A stretch of DNA of 63,930 nucleotides from Paraspadella gotoi (Eukaryota > Animalia > Chaetognatha), in contig CM119269.1 of the NCBI GenBank assembly GCA_051294375.1, positions 14,333,988 to 14,397,917 on the forward strand. Reading direction: 5' to 3'. Each line of letters opens with the position of its first letter. Positions within the stretch are counted from its first letter, which is position 1. Made by a program: the position numbers and the translations under genes. The notes under the pieces are model-generated. The model worked only from the letters and a program-made list of their open reading frames with translations. It ran no database searches and was not told the DNA's origin. Positions 42,221-52,653 of the stretch are shown here, piece after piece.

Positions 42221-43199
42221 CTTTTGTGAGGCGTGGACGAACAAAGGCGATGGAACGAAGGCCGGACGACGAGTTGGTAAGGTTGGAGGGTGAAAGGGTA
42301 AGGGGCGATCGAGATGGGAATTGAGGAGGCGAGGAAAGGTGAGGGCGAAGCGGACGAACAGGTGGAGGCTGAGGACGAGAGACTGTGGAGACTGGAGAGT
42401 GATTGAAGGAAAAAGATGAATTGAGTTGACGCGGGGAGAAGATTTTTAAAAAAGAAGGAAAGAAAAGAAAAAAGAGGAGGAAGATGAGCCGAAAAAGAAA
42501 AAAGTAAGAGGAGAAAAGGTGACAGGTTATGATATGTATTATATGTATACATATCCGAGTAAATGATGTAGAAAATGAAATTATCTTGTAGCGACTGGAG
42601 ATTGAAAAAAAAAAGTCAAAATTGAATATGTCTGAAAAAAAAAAAGGAATGAATAAGAACAAAGGGAAGCGAGCTGTTGTGACAGGAATAGCGGGAGCGA
42701 AAAAAAGGGTTGAAGGGATTAGAATGGCGTGCTAAAAAGTATGCACACTACGCAGGAGTGGCAGAAGCAAAAATTTAAGCTTGCGAAATTGGTAGACCGT
42801 TGAGGCAGCAAAGGAAAGAGGTTAGAAGTCAGGGCCTCAGGGGCGGGAGTGACAGCGTAAATAGAGGAGGCTTGGGTGGTAAAAGTGACTTCTTATAAAG
42901 GGCAAACAGGGGCGTCTGGAGCGGCAGGAGCGGCAGGAGTGGCAGCTGCGAAGAGAAGGCGTTTCCGGTGACGCCGAGTTCCCCTCCCTCTTTCTTCGCC
43001 ATAAAATCGAAGGCGAGAAATGGAAGGCCGACGGCGACGGCGACGACGACGCTGACGACGACGACGACGACGACGGCAGAACGGGGCCGCCGTGGGGGCG
43101 GAGGGGTTGTTGCGGGGGGACTACGGGGCGTCTACTGATGTGGGGTGATTTGGATTGAAGTGGTATTATTGGTTAGGTGGAGGGATTTAGAAAGGACCT

Positions 43200-43450
43200 T
43201 AGGTTATATGAGGTAATATATGTGGATAAGGCGATACTTGGGCTGAAGATGACTGTCCGTAACTTCTATAAACCCCTCTAGCAGCCATGGAACGGGTCCC
43301 TGGGCTTGGAACCAGGCTTGAGGGTTTGCCATGCCCCCAAGGCGGCTTACGGCCGTCCTCACGCTTCCCGCAGGGTAGGTACCGGGTTGGGATTGAACCC
43401 GGTACCTGGTGGTCATGAGCTGATGGCTTTACTCAATGAGTCACCGGGTC
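43200..43450 (-). mobile_element. tRNA-derived SINE-like element (copies ~33340-33660 degraded, ~55905-56140)
   Basis: Minus-strand head GACCCGGTGACTCATTGAGTAAAGCCATCAGCTCATGACCACCAGGTACCGGGTTCAATCCCAACCCGG has an A-box-like TGACTCATTGAG and a B-box GGTTCAATCC at tRNA-like spacing. A ~180 bp GC-richer body follows, then an AT-rich tail. No intact cloverleaf. Confidence 0.6.
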
Positions 43451-43726
43451 TCAACTGAAAGTGTCATGATTCTAGGCGGGGTGAACCTAGGCAATGCCCG
43501 ACTACATATATCTACTAATAAAGTACTAGGGAGAAGAGAAAACGGCTTTGGTTTCTTGATTGTGAAAAGACTCGATCCGGATGTGGGTGAAAGGGGCTGC
43601 ACGGGGCCGGTGTAGTCGACTGGAACTGAAAGGGAGTGAAAATTCGGCCGAAGGGGGAAGAAGCGGTGAGTTGTTAAGTGACTGTGATCCAGTCGTGGGT
43701 TAAAAAGGCCGAAAACGTTTCTCCCC

Positions 43727-43860
43727 TTTTTAGTTGCGCCGCGAGTACTCGCGGAGCAACTCTTTAAGTCAATTTTCGGTCGGTCTGTCGGTCGGTCTGT
43801 CGCTCTGTTGGTCGGTATGTCTGTCCGTCTGTCTGTCCTACTTACGTTAAAAAGCCGCCT
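43727..43860 (+). mobile_element. Helentron/DINE-1-like element end: T-tract + 30-bp palindrome + (GTCY)n microsatellite (copies ~56407-56535, ~34030-34130 degraded)
   Basis: TTTTT-AGTTGCGCCGCGAGT|ACTCGCGGAGCAACT-CTTTAAG...CGGTCGGTCTGTCGGTCGGTCTGTC...GTCTGTCCGTCTGTCTGTCC. Terminal hairpins plus GTCY microsatellites are typical of non-autonomous Helentron-associated elements. Confidence 0.55.
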
Positions 43861-44623
43861 TCACTTCAGGAAATCCTAAAACTATAAAGAATAAAATACT
43901 AGATGCAGTGCCTGTCATAAATACAAGGCCGATCAAAGGGAAATACACGTGAAAATAAAGTCACGCTTCCGCAACACATTGGAATCGCCGATCTTGTTTT
44001 AAAAATAACTCGATGGGAAAATGAGTTGGGGGTCGAACTGAAGAGAATTGAAAGAAGAAAGGAGGAGAGAAAAGGGGAGCGGCGAATTGATGGCGAAAGT
44101 GGGCGAGAGGTGTGTCCCCTTCTCCTCCTCCTCCTCCTCCTCTGATCGTCAAAAGACCACAAAAGAGACCACAAAGGAGGAAAGGTTATAACCTTGAAAA
44201 CGAATTGAGGGCAAAGAACCTCCCGGTGCTTAATTTCGCCGAAAAAGATCCTTGAATAATCCGCTTTTTTTATTTGACTCTGAAGTTGGAAAGAAAAAAA
44301 AAAATATGGAAGCTGAACGCGGGCAGCCATAATCCACGAAGAGATTCATAGCTGAGAAAAGAGAATGAAAAATTTATACTGTAATTATCATTATTCGAAA
44401 GGAGATAGGTTTTTATCAATATGGGGTAATAAATATGCCCGATTCTCATTTTTAGTTAATAGTCTTAGACTCTTAGTAATGGTTTTGAGTATCACGTTAT
44501 TTTCTTATTAGCTTTATAGGCTCATTTCATCCACTTCATTATAAATACATTCATTTATTTATTTTCTTATTTTCTTATTTTACATTTACCTTTATATTTA
44601 ATTACTTATCTATTTAATAACAG

Positions 44624-44830
44624 TTGACGCCGATTCATATAAAACCCAACCTCGTCCCATTTAATTCCTCTCCACTCGACCAAGCGTTCATCTTTTGGTC
44701 CAAAACCTCACCTTTACTTACCCTGATAAAACGTGCCTCGGAACCAAATCTCATATTCCCTCTTCTCGACGTCGCCACGTCGGTGCCTTACTCCGGAGAC
44801 GAGACAAGCGTGCTTACCACCCGGGGATGA
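44624..44830 (+). CDS. Candidate terminal exon (LTPIHIKPNL...KRASEPNLIFPLLDVATSVPYSGDETSVLTTRG*)
   Basis: Follows a long AT/pyrimidine-rich intron-like tract ending TTTAATAACAG (44623). Open to TGA within the first 28-bp repeat. The copy at 57256+ has indels. Confidence 0.25.
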   Translation: MTPIHIKPNLVPFNSSPLDQAFIFWSKTSPLLTLIKRASEPNLIFPLLDVATSVPYSGDETSVLTTRG

Positions 44831-45180
44831 GACAAGCGTGCTTACCACCAGGGGATGAACAAGCGTTGCTTACCACCAGGGATGAGACAAGGTGCTTACC
44901 ATCAGGGGATGAGACAAGAGTGCTTACACCGCGGGATGAGACAAGCGTGCTTACCACCACTGGGATTGAACAAGCGTGCCTACCATCAGGGGATGAGACA
45001 AGCGTGCTTACCACAGGGATGAGACAAGCGTGCTTACCACCAGGGGATGAGACAAGCGTGCTTACCACCAGAGACGTGACAATAGTGCTTACCACCCGGA
45101 GACGAAACAAGCGTGCTTACCACTTGGAGACGAGACAAGCGTGCTTACCACCCGGAGTCAAGCGTGCCTACCCCCCGGAG
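44793..45180 (+). repeat. 28-bp minisatellite GGGGATGAGACAAGCGTGCTTACCACCA x~14 (second copy ~57420-57820)
   Basis: Period of 28 verified (GGGG at 44823/44851; GAGAC at 45021/45049). Internal mini-palindrome AAGC-GT-GCTT. No unique spacers. Confidence 0.95.
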
Positions 45181-45304
45181 CGAGATTTCATAGCTTTGCT
45201 GCCCAAAGGAGAAAACCAGACTCGGTTTACCTTTAAGGCAAACATTCCCGCTGTGCATTGGACTCTTCTTAAGAAGGCTGGAAGTGATAAGGTGGGAGTT
45301 GCGA

Positions 45305-45460
45305 GAGAGGGTTGTGATAGATACTGGTGAAAAGGGGTTGTGAGAAGGACTCGTGAGAGATTACGGTGAAGAGGAATTTGTCAGAGGAGGTTGTGAGAGA
45401 TTGCGGTGACGGGAAGATAAGGGAGAAGGTTGTGATAGAAGTTGTGAGAGGGGAATATGA
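45305..45460. repeat. Degenerate GGTTGTGAGAGA-containing repeat (copy ~57940-58080)
   Basis: Repeated (G)GTTGTGA(G/T)AGA motifs at irregular spacing. Confidence 0.6.
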
Positions 45461-46204
45461 TGATAATTGATCATGGTGGATAGAAACTTCGGGTGGGTAG
45501 TTGGTTATTAACGAATTGACTTCCTCGGGTCCGAAAGAAATCTCTCTTTTCCTTTCCTTTCCTCACTTTTCCTTCTTTTTTTTTCTCCTTTCTTCCTCGC
45601 CAGTTCTTTTCGTCCCCTCCTTCCTTCACCTATTTTCATATTTACCGCCAAAAGTGTTGCCCTTTCACTTTTTTCGTCTACCAACTACAAATAATTCCCA
45701 TTCCACCTTCTACTCGCCAATGACCACCTTTCCACTCGCCCTGTCGACCAGACCAGCGAACTATCCACACGCAACTCTCTCCCCCCCCCCACACACACAC
45801 AAACACGCTCCTCCCTCCCCCACTTTCCCCCCCTACACCTCTTCCCCTTCCACCGCGACTCAATCTTCGCCTCGCGCGTTCATTTTCCCGAACTCGTTCG
45901 TCATTTCCGTATGAGGAAGCAATAAACGGACGACGGGGAAATGAATAATGTAAACAGGCGACTTTTCCCCGTCTCTTTTATTTAATTCTCTTTGATTTCG
46001 GGTCCGGATGTAAATTACTCCAGGCGCCTGGCCTTCCAAGGGGGACGGGGGAGAAAGCGGAGTCTGAGAAAAATTAGGGGTTTGTTGGCGGCGTTTGTCG
46101 GATCTGTCTGTCGGTCTGTCTGTCTTTCTTTCTCCCTTTCTCTTTCTGTCTCTCTCTCTCTCTCTCTCTCTATCTATATATATAATATATTATATATATC
46201 TCCC

Positions 46205-46318
46205 CTTTTCTCTTTTTCTTTCTTTCTATCTTTCTTTTTTTCATTCTTTCTTTCTTTCTTTCTTTCNNNNNNNNNNNNNNNNNNNNNNNNNTTTCTTTCT
46301 TCTTTCCTCTTATTCTTA

Positions 46319-46350
<32 letters not shown>

Positions 46351-46365
46351 TTCTGTTTTCTTTCT

Positions 46366-46424
<59 letters not shown>

Positions 46425-46440
46425 TCTCCTTTCTATCTCT
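46205..46440. repeat. (TTTC)n microsatellite spanning 25-N gap (copy ~58790-58960)
   Basis: Direct inspection. Confidence 0.95.
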
Positions 46441-46468
46441 CTTACTCTCTCTCTCATCACTCTCTCTA

Positions 46469-46506
<38 letters not shown>

Positions 46507-46623
46507 GTATACGCGTTTTTTCCCTCCTCCTGTTTGTTCTACTTAATTAATGATGAAAAAACGGAATTTCAAGTCCACGTCAAGTCTGTCTGAGCGGAAT
46601 ATGATTGAAAAAAGACGGTAGCA

Positions 46624-46667
<44 letters not shown>

Positions 46668-46867
46668 CAAGGAGAGACAGAGGGAGAGAGAGAAGAGACA
46701 TAGGTAAGTCAAAGGGAAAAAAAGGCGACGAGAGGTAGAAGCGCCGTAAACGCCTTAGTGAGTTACGTCGAGAGGAAAAAGATGGCGCTCGCGTGATTAG
46801 GCGTCCGTCGTGAATTGATGTTGCGCTTTGTGAAAGAAGAAAGAAGGCCATCGGTAACTAAAGAGAG

Positions 46868-47012
46868 ACAGATGCAAAGACAGATGAAATGCAAATACAA
46901 ATGCTAAATAAAGACAGATGCAAAGATAGATGCAAAGACTGATGCAAAAACTAAGAAAGATACAAATGCAGATGGAAAACGTAGGCGGAAAGATGCAAAG
47001 ACCGATACAAAG
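46868..47012 (+). repeat. 12-bp degenerate repeat GATGCAAAGACA (copies ~52858-53005, ~59389-59530)
   Basis: gatgcaaagaca/gatgcaaagata/gatgcaaagact recurrences. Confidence 0.8.
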
Positions 47013-47699
47013 CAAAGATTATATATAGTATGTATAATTGTATATGTATAGTTTGAAATTCCCCTAATTTTTTTAAAATCTAAATTCTATTCAAAACGTT
47101 TTAAGTTATCGTATGTTCTGTATGTACAATTTGTACATACATAAAACTGTAAATAATAAACCTAAACTAGTAACTACATTCAATTTTTCGCTCCCGCAGT
47201 TTTTTTCACGATCCACACGACGGTCGGTGGTCCAAACTCGAACGCGGATGCGATGCGAGGGAATCGAAAATGCCGAGACCCTCGATCTTTTGGGCGAAGA
47301 AGTCAGAGAAATTCCTTTTTCATTTTCGAAAGATAGAAAACGAAATTTATGTCGCCATTTTTGTTTTCTTTTTTCTCTTTTCAAACGACGAACGTAGTAT
47401 TTTTTTTAAGTTTCTTATTTTTTTATTCTTTCTCTCTTTGTGCTTTAGAATGATATAATTGCCATTGGTTCTGATAAGATTATTTGTTCCATGACATGGC
47501 ACTATTCACTATTTTTTGAATATTTTCATATTAAAATAAAATTAATTTCTGTGATTTTCTTTTTTTTTAAAACTTGTAGTTTCCTTTTCGTTTCGCTGAT
47601 ATTTTCTCTTTTCACAAAGCAATCCGTTGCTCCACTACAAAGAATCCCTTCAAACTATTCCTCCTTTTATCATTCAATTTCCTTACCGTTTTAAACGTC

Positions 47700-48010
47700 C
47701 TTTCCTTCCCCTTTCTCCATTTTCCCTTTTTTTTTCGATTTATCCATTTCCTTCCCTTTTCTTCCATTTTCCCTTTTTTTCGATTATCCATTTCCTTCCC
47801 TTTCTTCCAGTTGTTCCCTTTTTTTCGATTATCCATTTTTCCGTTCTTTCCATTTCCTTTTTTTGTCGATTATCCATTCTTTCCCTTTCTTCATTTTCCT
47901 TTTTTTGATTATCCATTTCTCCCTTCTTCCATTTCCCTTTTTTTTCGATTTTCATTTCTTTCCCCTTCTTCCATTTTCCTTTTTTTCGATTATCATTTCC
48001 TCCCTTCCTT
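47700..48010. repeat. ~43-bp pyrimidine-rich minisatellite TTCCATTTTCCCTTTTTTTTCGATTATCCATTTCCTTCCCTTTC (copies ~53700-54040, ~60250-60615)
   Basis: About 6-7 recurrences of TTTTCGATTATCCATTTC. Confidence 0.85.
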
Positions 48011-48126
48011 TTTCTCCTCCGTCTCGCTCTCGACCGCCTTGCCCTGGATTCCAGGTTTGTCAATTTGAACTTGGACGATCCTCTAGAGCCTCTCGTCTCC
48101 TCTCCTCTCTCTCTCTCTCTCTCTCT

Positions 48127-48164
<38 letters not shown>

Positions 48165-50320
48165 TCTCTCTTCTCTCTCTCTCTCTCTCATCCTCTCTCT
48201 CAATCCGGCTTCTTCAGATGCTGGAAAAACAAAACCATTTTTTTCTTTTGTGGCACACTGGTTCAGAGATTCCCTTTCCTCATTTCAAACACAAAGAGAA
48301 GAGAGAGAGAGAGAGAGAGGAGAAAGAGAGAGAGAGAGGAGCGGAACTCTATGTAGAGAAGAAAAGAGAGAGTAGAGAGGAATAGAGCACGAGTGAAATA
48401 TACAGAGCCAAAAAAGGATGGAAATGCAAGATTTTGATCGCGAATCTGAAGATAAAAAATAGTGAGAGGGAGAAAAAGGCTCAGGTGTGACCCTCGAACA
48501 GAAAAGGAAATATGTTAGGAAAGGGAGAGATGGAGAGATAGAGAGGAGAGAGAGAAGAGGAGAGAGAGGAAGAGAGAAGAGAGATGAGAGAGAGAGAAGA
48601 GAGGAGATATGTGTATTTGGGGAAAGAATAGAAAAATCAAAGATAAAAAGCTTAACAGTTGATACGCGGAAAATAACCGATGACAGGAAGAGAGAAAGGA
48701 AAAAATGTGTGAATATAAAGATGGAGAAAAGTGGGGTAAAAATGGAGATTAAAGATTAATCTTTAACTGGGAAGGACTAGTAAGAGAAAATTGACCAAAG
48801 TTTCTCGATTGTGAGTGATAACATCATCACGACGACGACGACGCACGACTATAAAAGAACGATGAGGACGTGAAGGAGGCGGTTAGAACGGCGGTCACGC
48901 GCGGAAAGGAGCGTCGCTACAAAAGATTAATACCCTTTTTGAAACAAATAAAAGGGCAATGTGCCTTGAATATTGTCCCCGGCGCCGTTTTTTTTAAAAA
49001 AACAAACATCAACGATGAATGGAGATTAAAAAAAAAAAAAAAAAGATTCTTTTTCTACTTTTGTCGCTTTCGTTATTTTCAATTCCTCCATTGATATACA
49101 AGGAAAAATGACACAACAACGACACAAACAACATCGCCAGAAGCGCCATTTATTCAGTCTTTAAAATAAAAAAAAGCCGTCTTGACGGCGAAAGAAGAAG
49201 AATCCATGTTTGTTTTCTTTATTTTTTATATTATTATTCAGGGGCTTTAGGCTTGAGAATTTAAAAAATCAAATCAAGAGGAAAAATAATAGAGGTTGTT
49301 ATTCTTTTTAAAGACTGTTGCTATTATATGTGTTGAAGTATTGAGGCTTCACGCCCGCAGGATCGCGCGTCGAGACGGTCCGTCGTTCCGTGTTAATTTG
49401 ACGAGGAGTTAATGGAGACTCGCTGCTGAATTTTTCGCCGAATCACGAGGCCAATTATGAAGGAAAAGTCGTGCTTAGGCTTATTTTCAGTAAAATATTC
49501 ATAATTGTCCCGTTAAAAGTGTATTAAAGGACGAGCGAATCGTTTCTTGCTGAGTCAAAATAAGACTAAAAAAAATAGTCTCGTGTTCTTTAATTACGGA
49601 CGGGCAACAAAAGACGGTAAAATAATAAGGATACCAAAAAAACAGATCAAACGCAATCCATGAGAATTGTAGGGCAAATCTGTTTGACCTTAAAATGTCA
49701 GAGAGAAGAGACGGAAAAAATAACTTGGCGTGGCATAGTATTTCACAATATAATTCAATGATAAAAAAAAAAATTGAGAAACTTTGTTTCGGTCATATTT
49801 ATCGGGTCGGTTTCCTTAATCAGAGTCACGATGTTGATTGTTGGAAACGCTCAACGACTTGCGAGCACCGACGACGACGGACGACGACGACGACGACGAC
49901 GCGCGACACAGTTAAAAGCTTTCCTTGTGAAGCGAGACAGGGTTATCATTAACCGAGGGCAACCATAGACATCAAGTGAAATCAAATCTAGGCGTCATCG
50001 CACTTTCAGCAAATCAACGGACGGAGCAGTTAGGTTTTTGTCACAAGGAATCGCGTCATTTTAACGCTTTTCGCCACGCCTTCAACGCCTCTTGCGCCAT
50101 TTCGCGCCATCTTGCGTCATTAAAGTTATCTCAGGGAGATCACCTCAGATCACGCCATCTCAAAATCATTCGATCGAGATCAATATTATCAAAATGCTGG
50201 AAACCTCGAAGTGAATAAACTGGACAATGTGAGACATTGCAGTTTGATCTGTTAGATCTTTGTAAGGAGGCCCGGGTCAATATCAAAGGAAGATAGCTAT
50301 TCCTATATTCTTCTCTTCTC

Positions 50321-50385
<65 letters not shown>

Positions 50386-51804
50386 AAAGTTGGCAAAAAA
50401 ATTCTTACTATTGTTTCCTAATTAATAGTTTAAACTGCGTGAAGATACAAAGTTCGCCAAGAGAATGTATAGCTATAAGGTATTTGATAACAAAACGTAT
50501 TATGAAACACTCCCTTGCGCTCAGAAAAAAAAGGTTTCCCTGACAGATGAGAGACGCAATCGAGTTTTCTGTTGTCAATAAAATACATCCATGGAAAGGT
50601 ATTGATAATAAATCGTTCTCTGTCTCCTCTTCTCTCTCTTCTTTTCCTCTCTCTCTCTCTCTCTCTCTCTTCTCTTCTCTCTCTTAAGATTTAATAAAGA
50701 AAGAAACACAATCGGCGGTATTTCGCCACTTTATCACACCGCCACAACTGGCCGAAACCGCACTTATTTCATACGCCACCATGCAAACCGCACACCTGGC
50801 AAAACGCCACAGACGCCACCGAATAAACCTCCTCTATAACTATTACTATTTTAAACCAGTACCTCTACTGTTTCTCCACCGCTCCACAGCACGTCTTTTC
50901 TCACGACACGGAACTAGTCTCTCCCTCACTCACTCCTTTGAGTGGATCCGATCCAATATACCATATAATCAGTGTTCTAAAGTCGCCCGACATCTCAGAA
51001 ATGAGTCTGCGCTGTCTTTCGTGTCACAAGAGACAGTAATGCCAGTATTCAAGCTCGTCTTTTACTTGTAGTCTCTGTGTATTAATAACACTCCAATAAA
51101 AATAGTAACATAAAATAATGAGTGGTGTGTAACTCTGTTAGATCGTCACGAAGAACTGGAGTAAGATGCACACGCGAAGAATTGAAAAAGAGATGCCGCA
51201 GGAAGTTCTGAGCCGCAAGGAATACCGCGGGGTTGGAGTTCTCCGAAGTCACGATCTCAATGTCACCTCGTAAGAGCGTAGACAAGCCCTCGGTAAGAGA
51301 GCATTGCGCTCTAAGGAGACAGCTGAGAGTACTATCATGTAGGACTCCGAGTATTTGGATGAAAGCAGCCAACCAGATTAACAAAGAGATTGTGTCATTT
51401 TTGAAGTGAGGAATTGTTTTATGTTAATTATCGTTTAGCTGTGAGATTTTTGGAGTAAGTTGAAGAATTTATTATTACAAGAAGAGTTTTCGAATTTAAC
51501 TTTAAAAAATCTATAGTGCTTGGATATTGGACTGTACGCGAAGACATATAAGAGAAAAAATATAGAAGAGTGTGTTTCTCGAACTCCTTCGCGTCGGAGG
51601 GGTTTTCGGGCGGATTGGTTACTAGTCGAGAGAGTATAGATAGACGGCAGAGATTAATTTTTAAAGAAGGATTTAGCGGAAAGTTGGTGTGTGTGTTCAG
51701 AGAGAGAGAGAGATGGAGTAATTATGGTTGGTCTCTTGTGACATGGTCTTGCTCACAGGCTATTTGCCGAAAAACAGTTTAGTTTTGGCAATAACTCTAT
51801 TCGC

Positions 51805-51895
51805 TTAACCGCTTACTACCCAATAACCTTAACCCTAACAACGCAACGCTAACAAACCGCTAACCTTAATTAGTAATTACCGCTAACCCTAAACT
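51805..51895. repeat. Degenerate telomere-like (TAACCC/TAACCG)n tract
   Basis: ttaaccgc...taaccttaaccctaac...gctaac...gctaaccttaa...gctaaccctaa. Confidence 0.45.
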
Positions 51896-51990
51896 ACAGT
51901 TAAAGTTTATTTATAAACCTAAGCACACCCTGATACAACAAAGAAAACATAATGATATTATGGTGACTAAAATCCACCAACCGTTCTTCA

Positions 51991-52060
51991 GCGCCATTGG
52001 TGCCGGAGCAAGTCATTCGCCTTCCCAACCCAAAGGTCCGGGGTTCTAGCCCGGTGTCGT
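51991..52060 (+). mobile_element. Possible degenerate tRNA-derived SINE head
   Basis: ...TTCGCCTTCCCAACCCAAAGGTCCGGGGTTCTAGCCCGG, with B-box-like GGTTCTAGCC at 52042-52051. A-box is poor and the region is error-rich. Confidence 0.3.
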
Positions 52061-52452
52061 CTGGCAGTTAAGAGGGACGGGGCGGAGCAGATATTAACGA
52101 CAGCACGAGAGTGAGCTAACAATAGAGTGTGAGATACGCGAGAAGACTGATCCGAGGACTCGAGAGGGAGGAGAGAAAGAGACGTATGCTTATAATTGAG
52201 ACGAGAGAGGTTCGTGAATCAGAGCATGACATGACATAACAATGAATTACTGTCTCTTCATTGGTTGAGCACCGAGGCGATGCGACGAACACAACCGAGA
52301 AGAGAGAGAGAGAAGAGGCAACAACAACACTTCAGTGCGGACATGCCTCAACCTGGCGATGCCACTTTCCGCCACAACCACATCAGGTCTGGCCAATGAC
52401 AAACACTACCAGAGACTTAGTGACCCGAAGACTTTAGCCAAAACAACATCAC

Positions 52453-52456
<4 letters not shown>

Positions 52457-52492
<36 letters not shown>

Positions 52493-52609
52493 GTATACGC
52501 GTTTTTTCCCTCCTCCTGTTTGTTCTACTTAATTAATGATGAAAAACGGAATTTCAAGTCCTACGTCAAGTCTGTCTGAGCGGAATATGATTGAAAAAAG
52601 ACGGTAGCA

Positions 52610-52653
<44 letters not shown>

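Larger units (their letters stand above)
37697..44280. repeat. Duplicated block A, copy 2
   Basis: Starts on the first base after a 25-N gap (TTTCATTCTCATTCTTCACTC = 27928). Confidence 0.95.
41364..51169. repeat. Duplicated block B, copy 1
   Basis: Colinear with 54159-63930 (offset ~12.8 kb), sharing all internal minisatellites. Confidence 0.95.

Noticed and set aside
43378-43450. Functional tRNA-Met gene
   Set aside because: The anticodon stem does not pair properly, the A-box is degenerate and there is no downstream T-run terminator. SINE-like instead.
44793-45180. CRISPR array
   Set aside because: Units are head-to-tail with no unique spacers, there are no cas genes, and the context is eukaryotic.
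44695-45330. 211-aa repeat-protein ORF
   Set aside because: The 28-bp unit is not a multiple of 3 and contains TGA in one frame. The ORF hops frames via indels and is broken in the 57.4 kb copy.
50781-51071. 96-aa ORF 'conserved' in two copies
   Set aside because: Identity reflects nucleotide-identical reuse of the same sequence, not selection. No recognisable motif.
51050-51074. miR-993/miR-10-family-like sequence (AAGCTCGTCT)
   Set aside because: Only a ~10-nt match, with no complementary arm to form a precursor hairpin.
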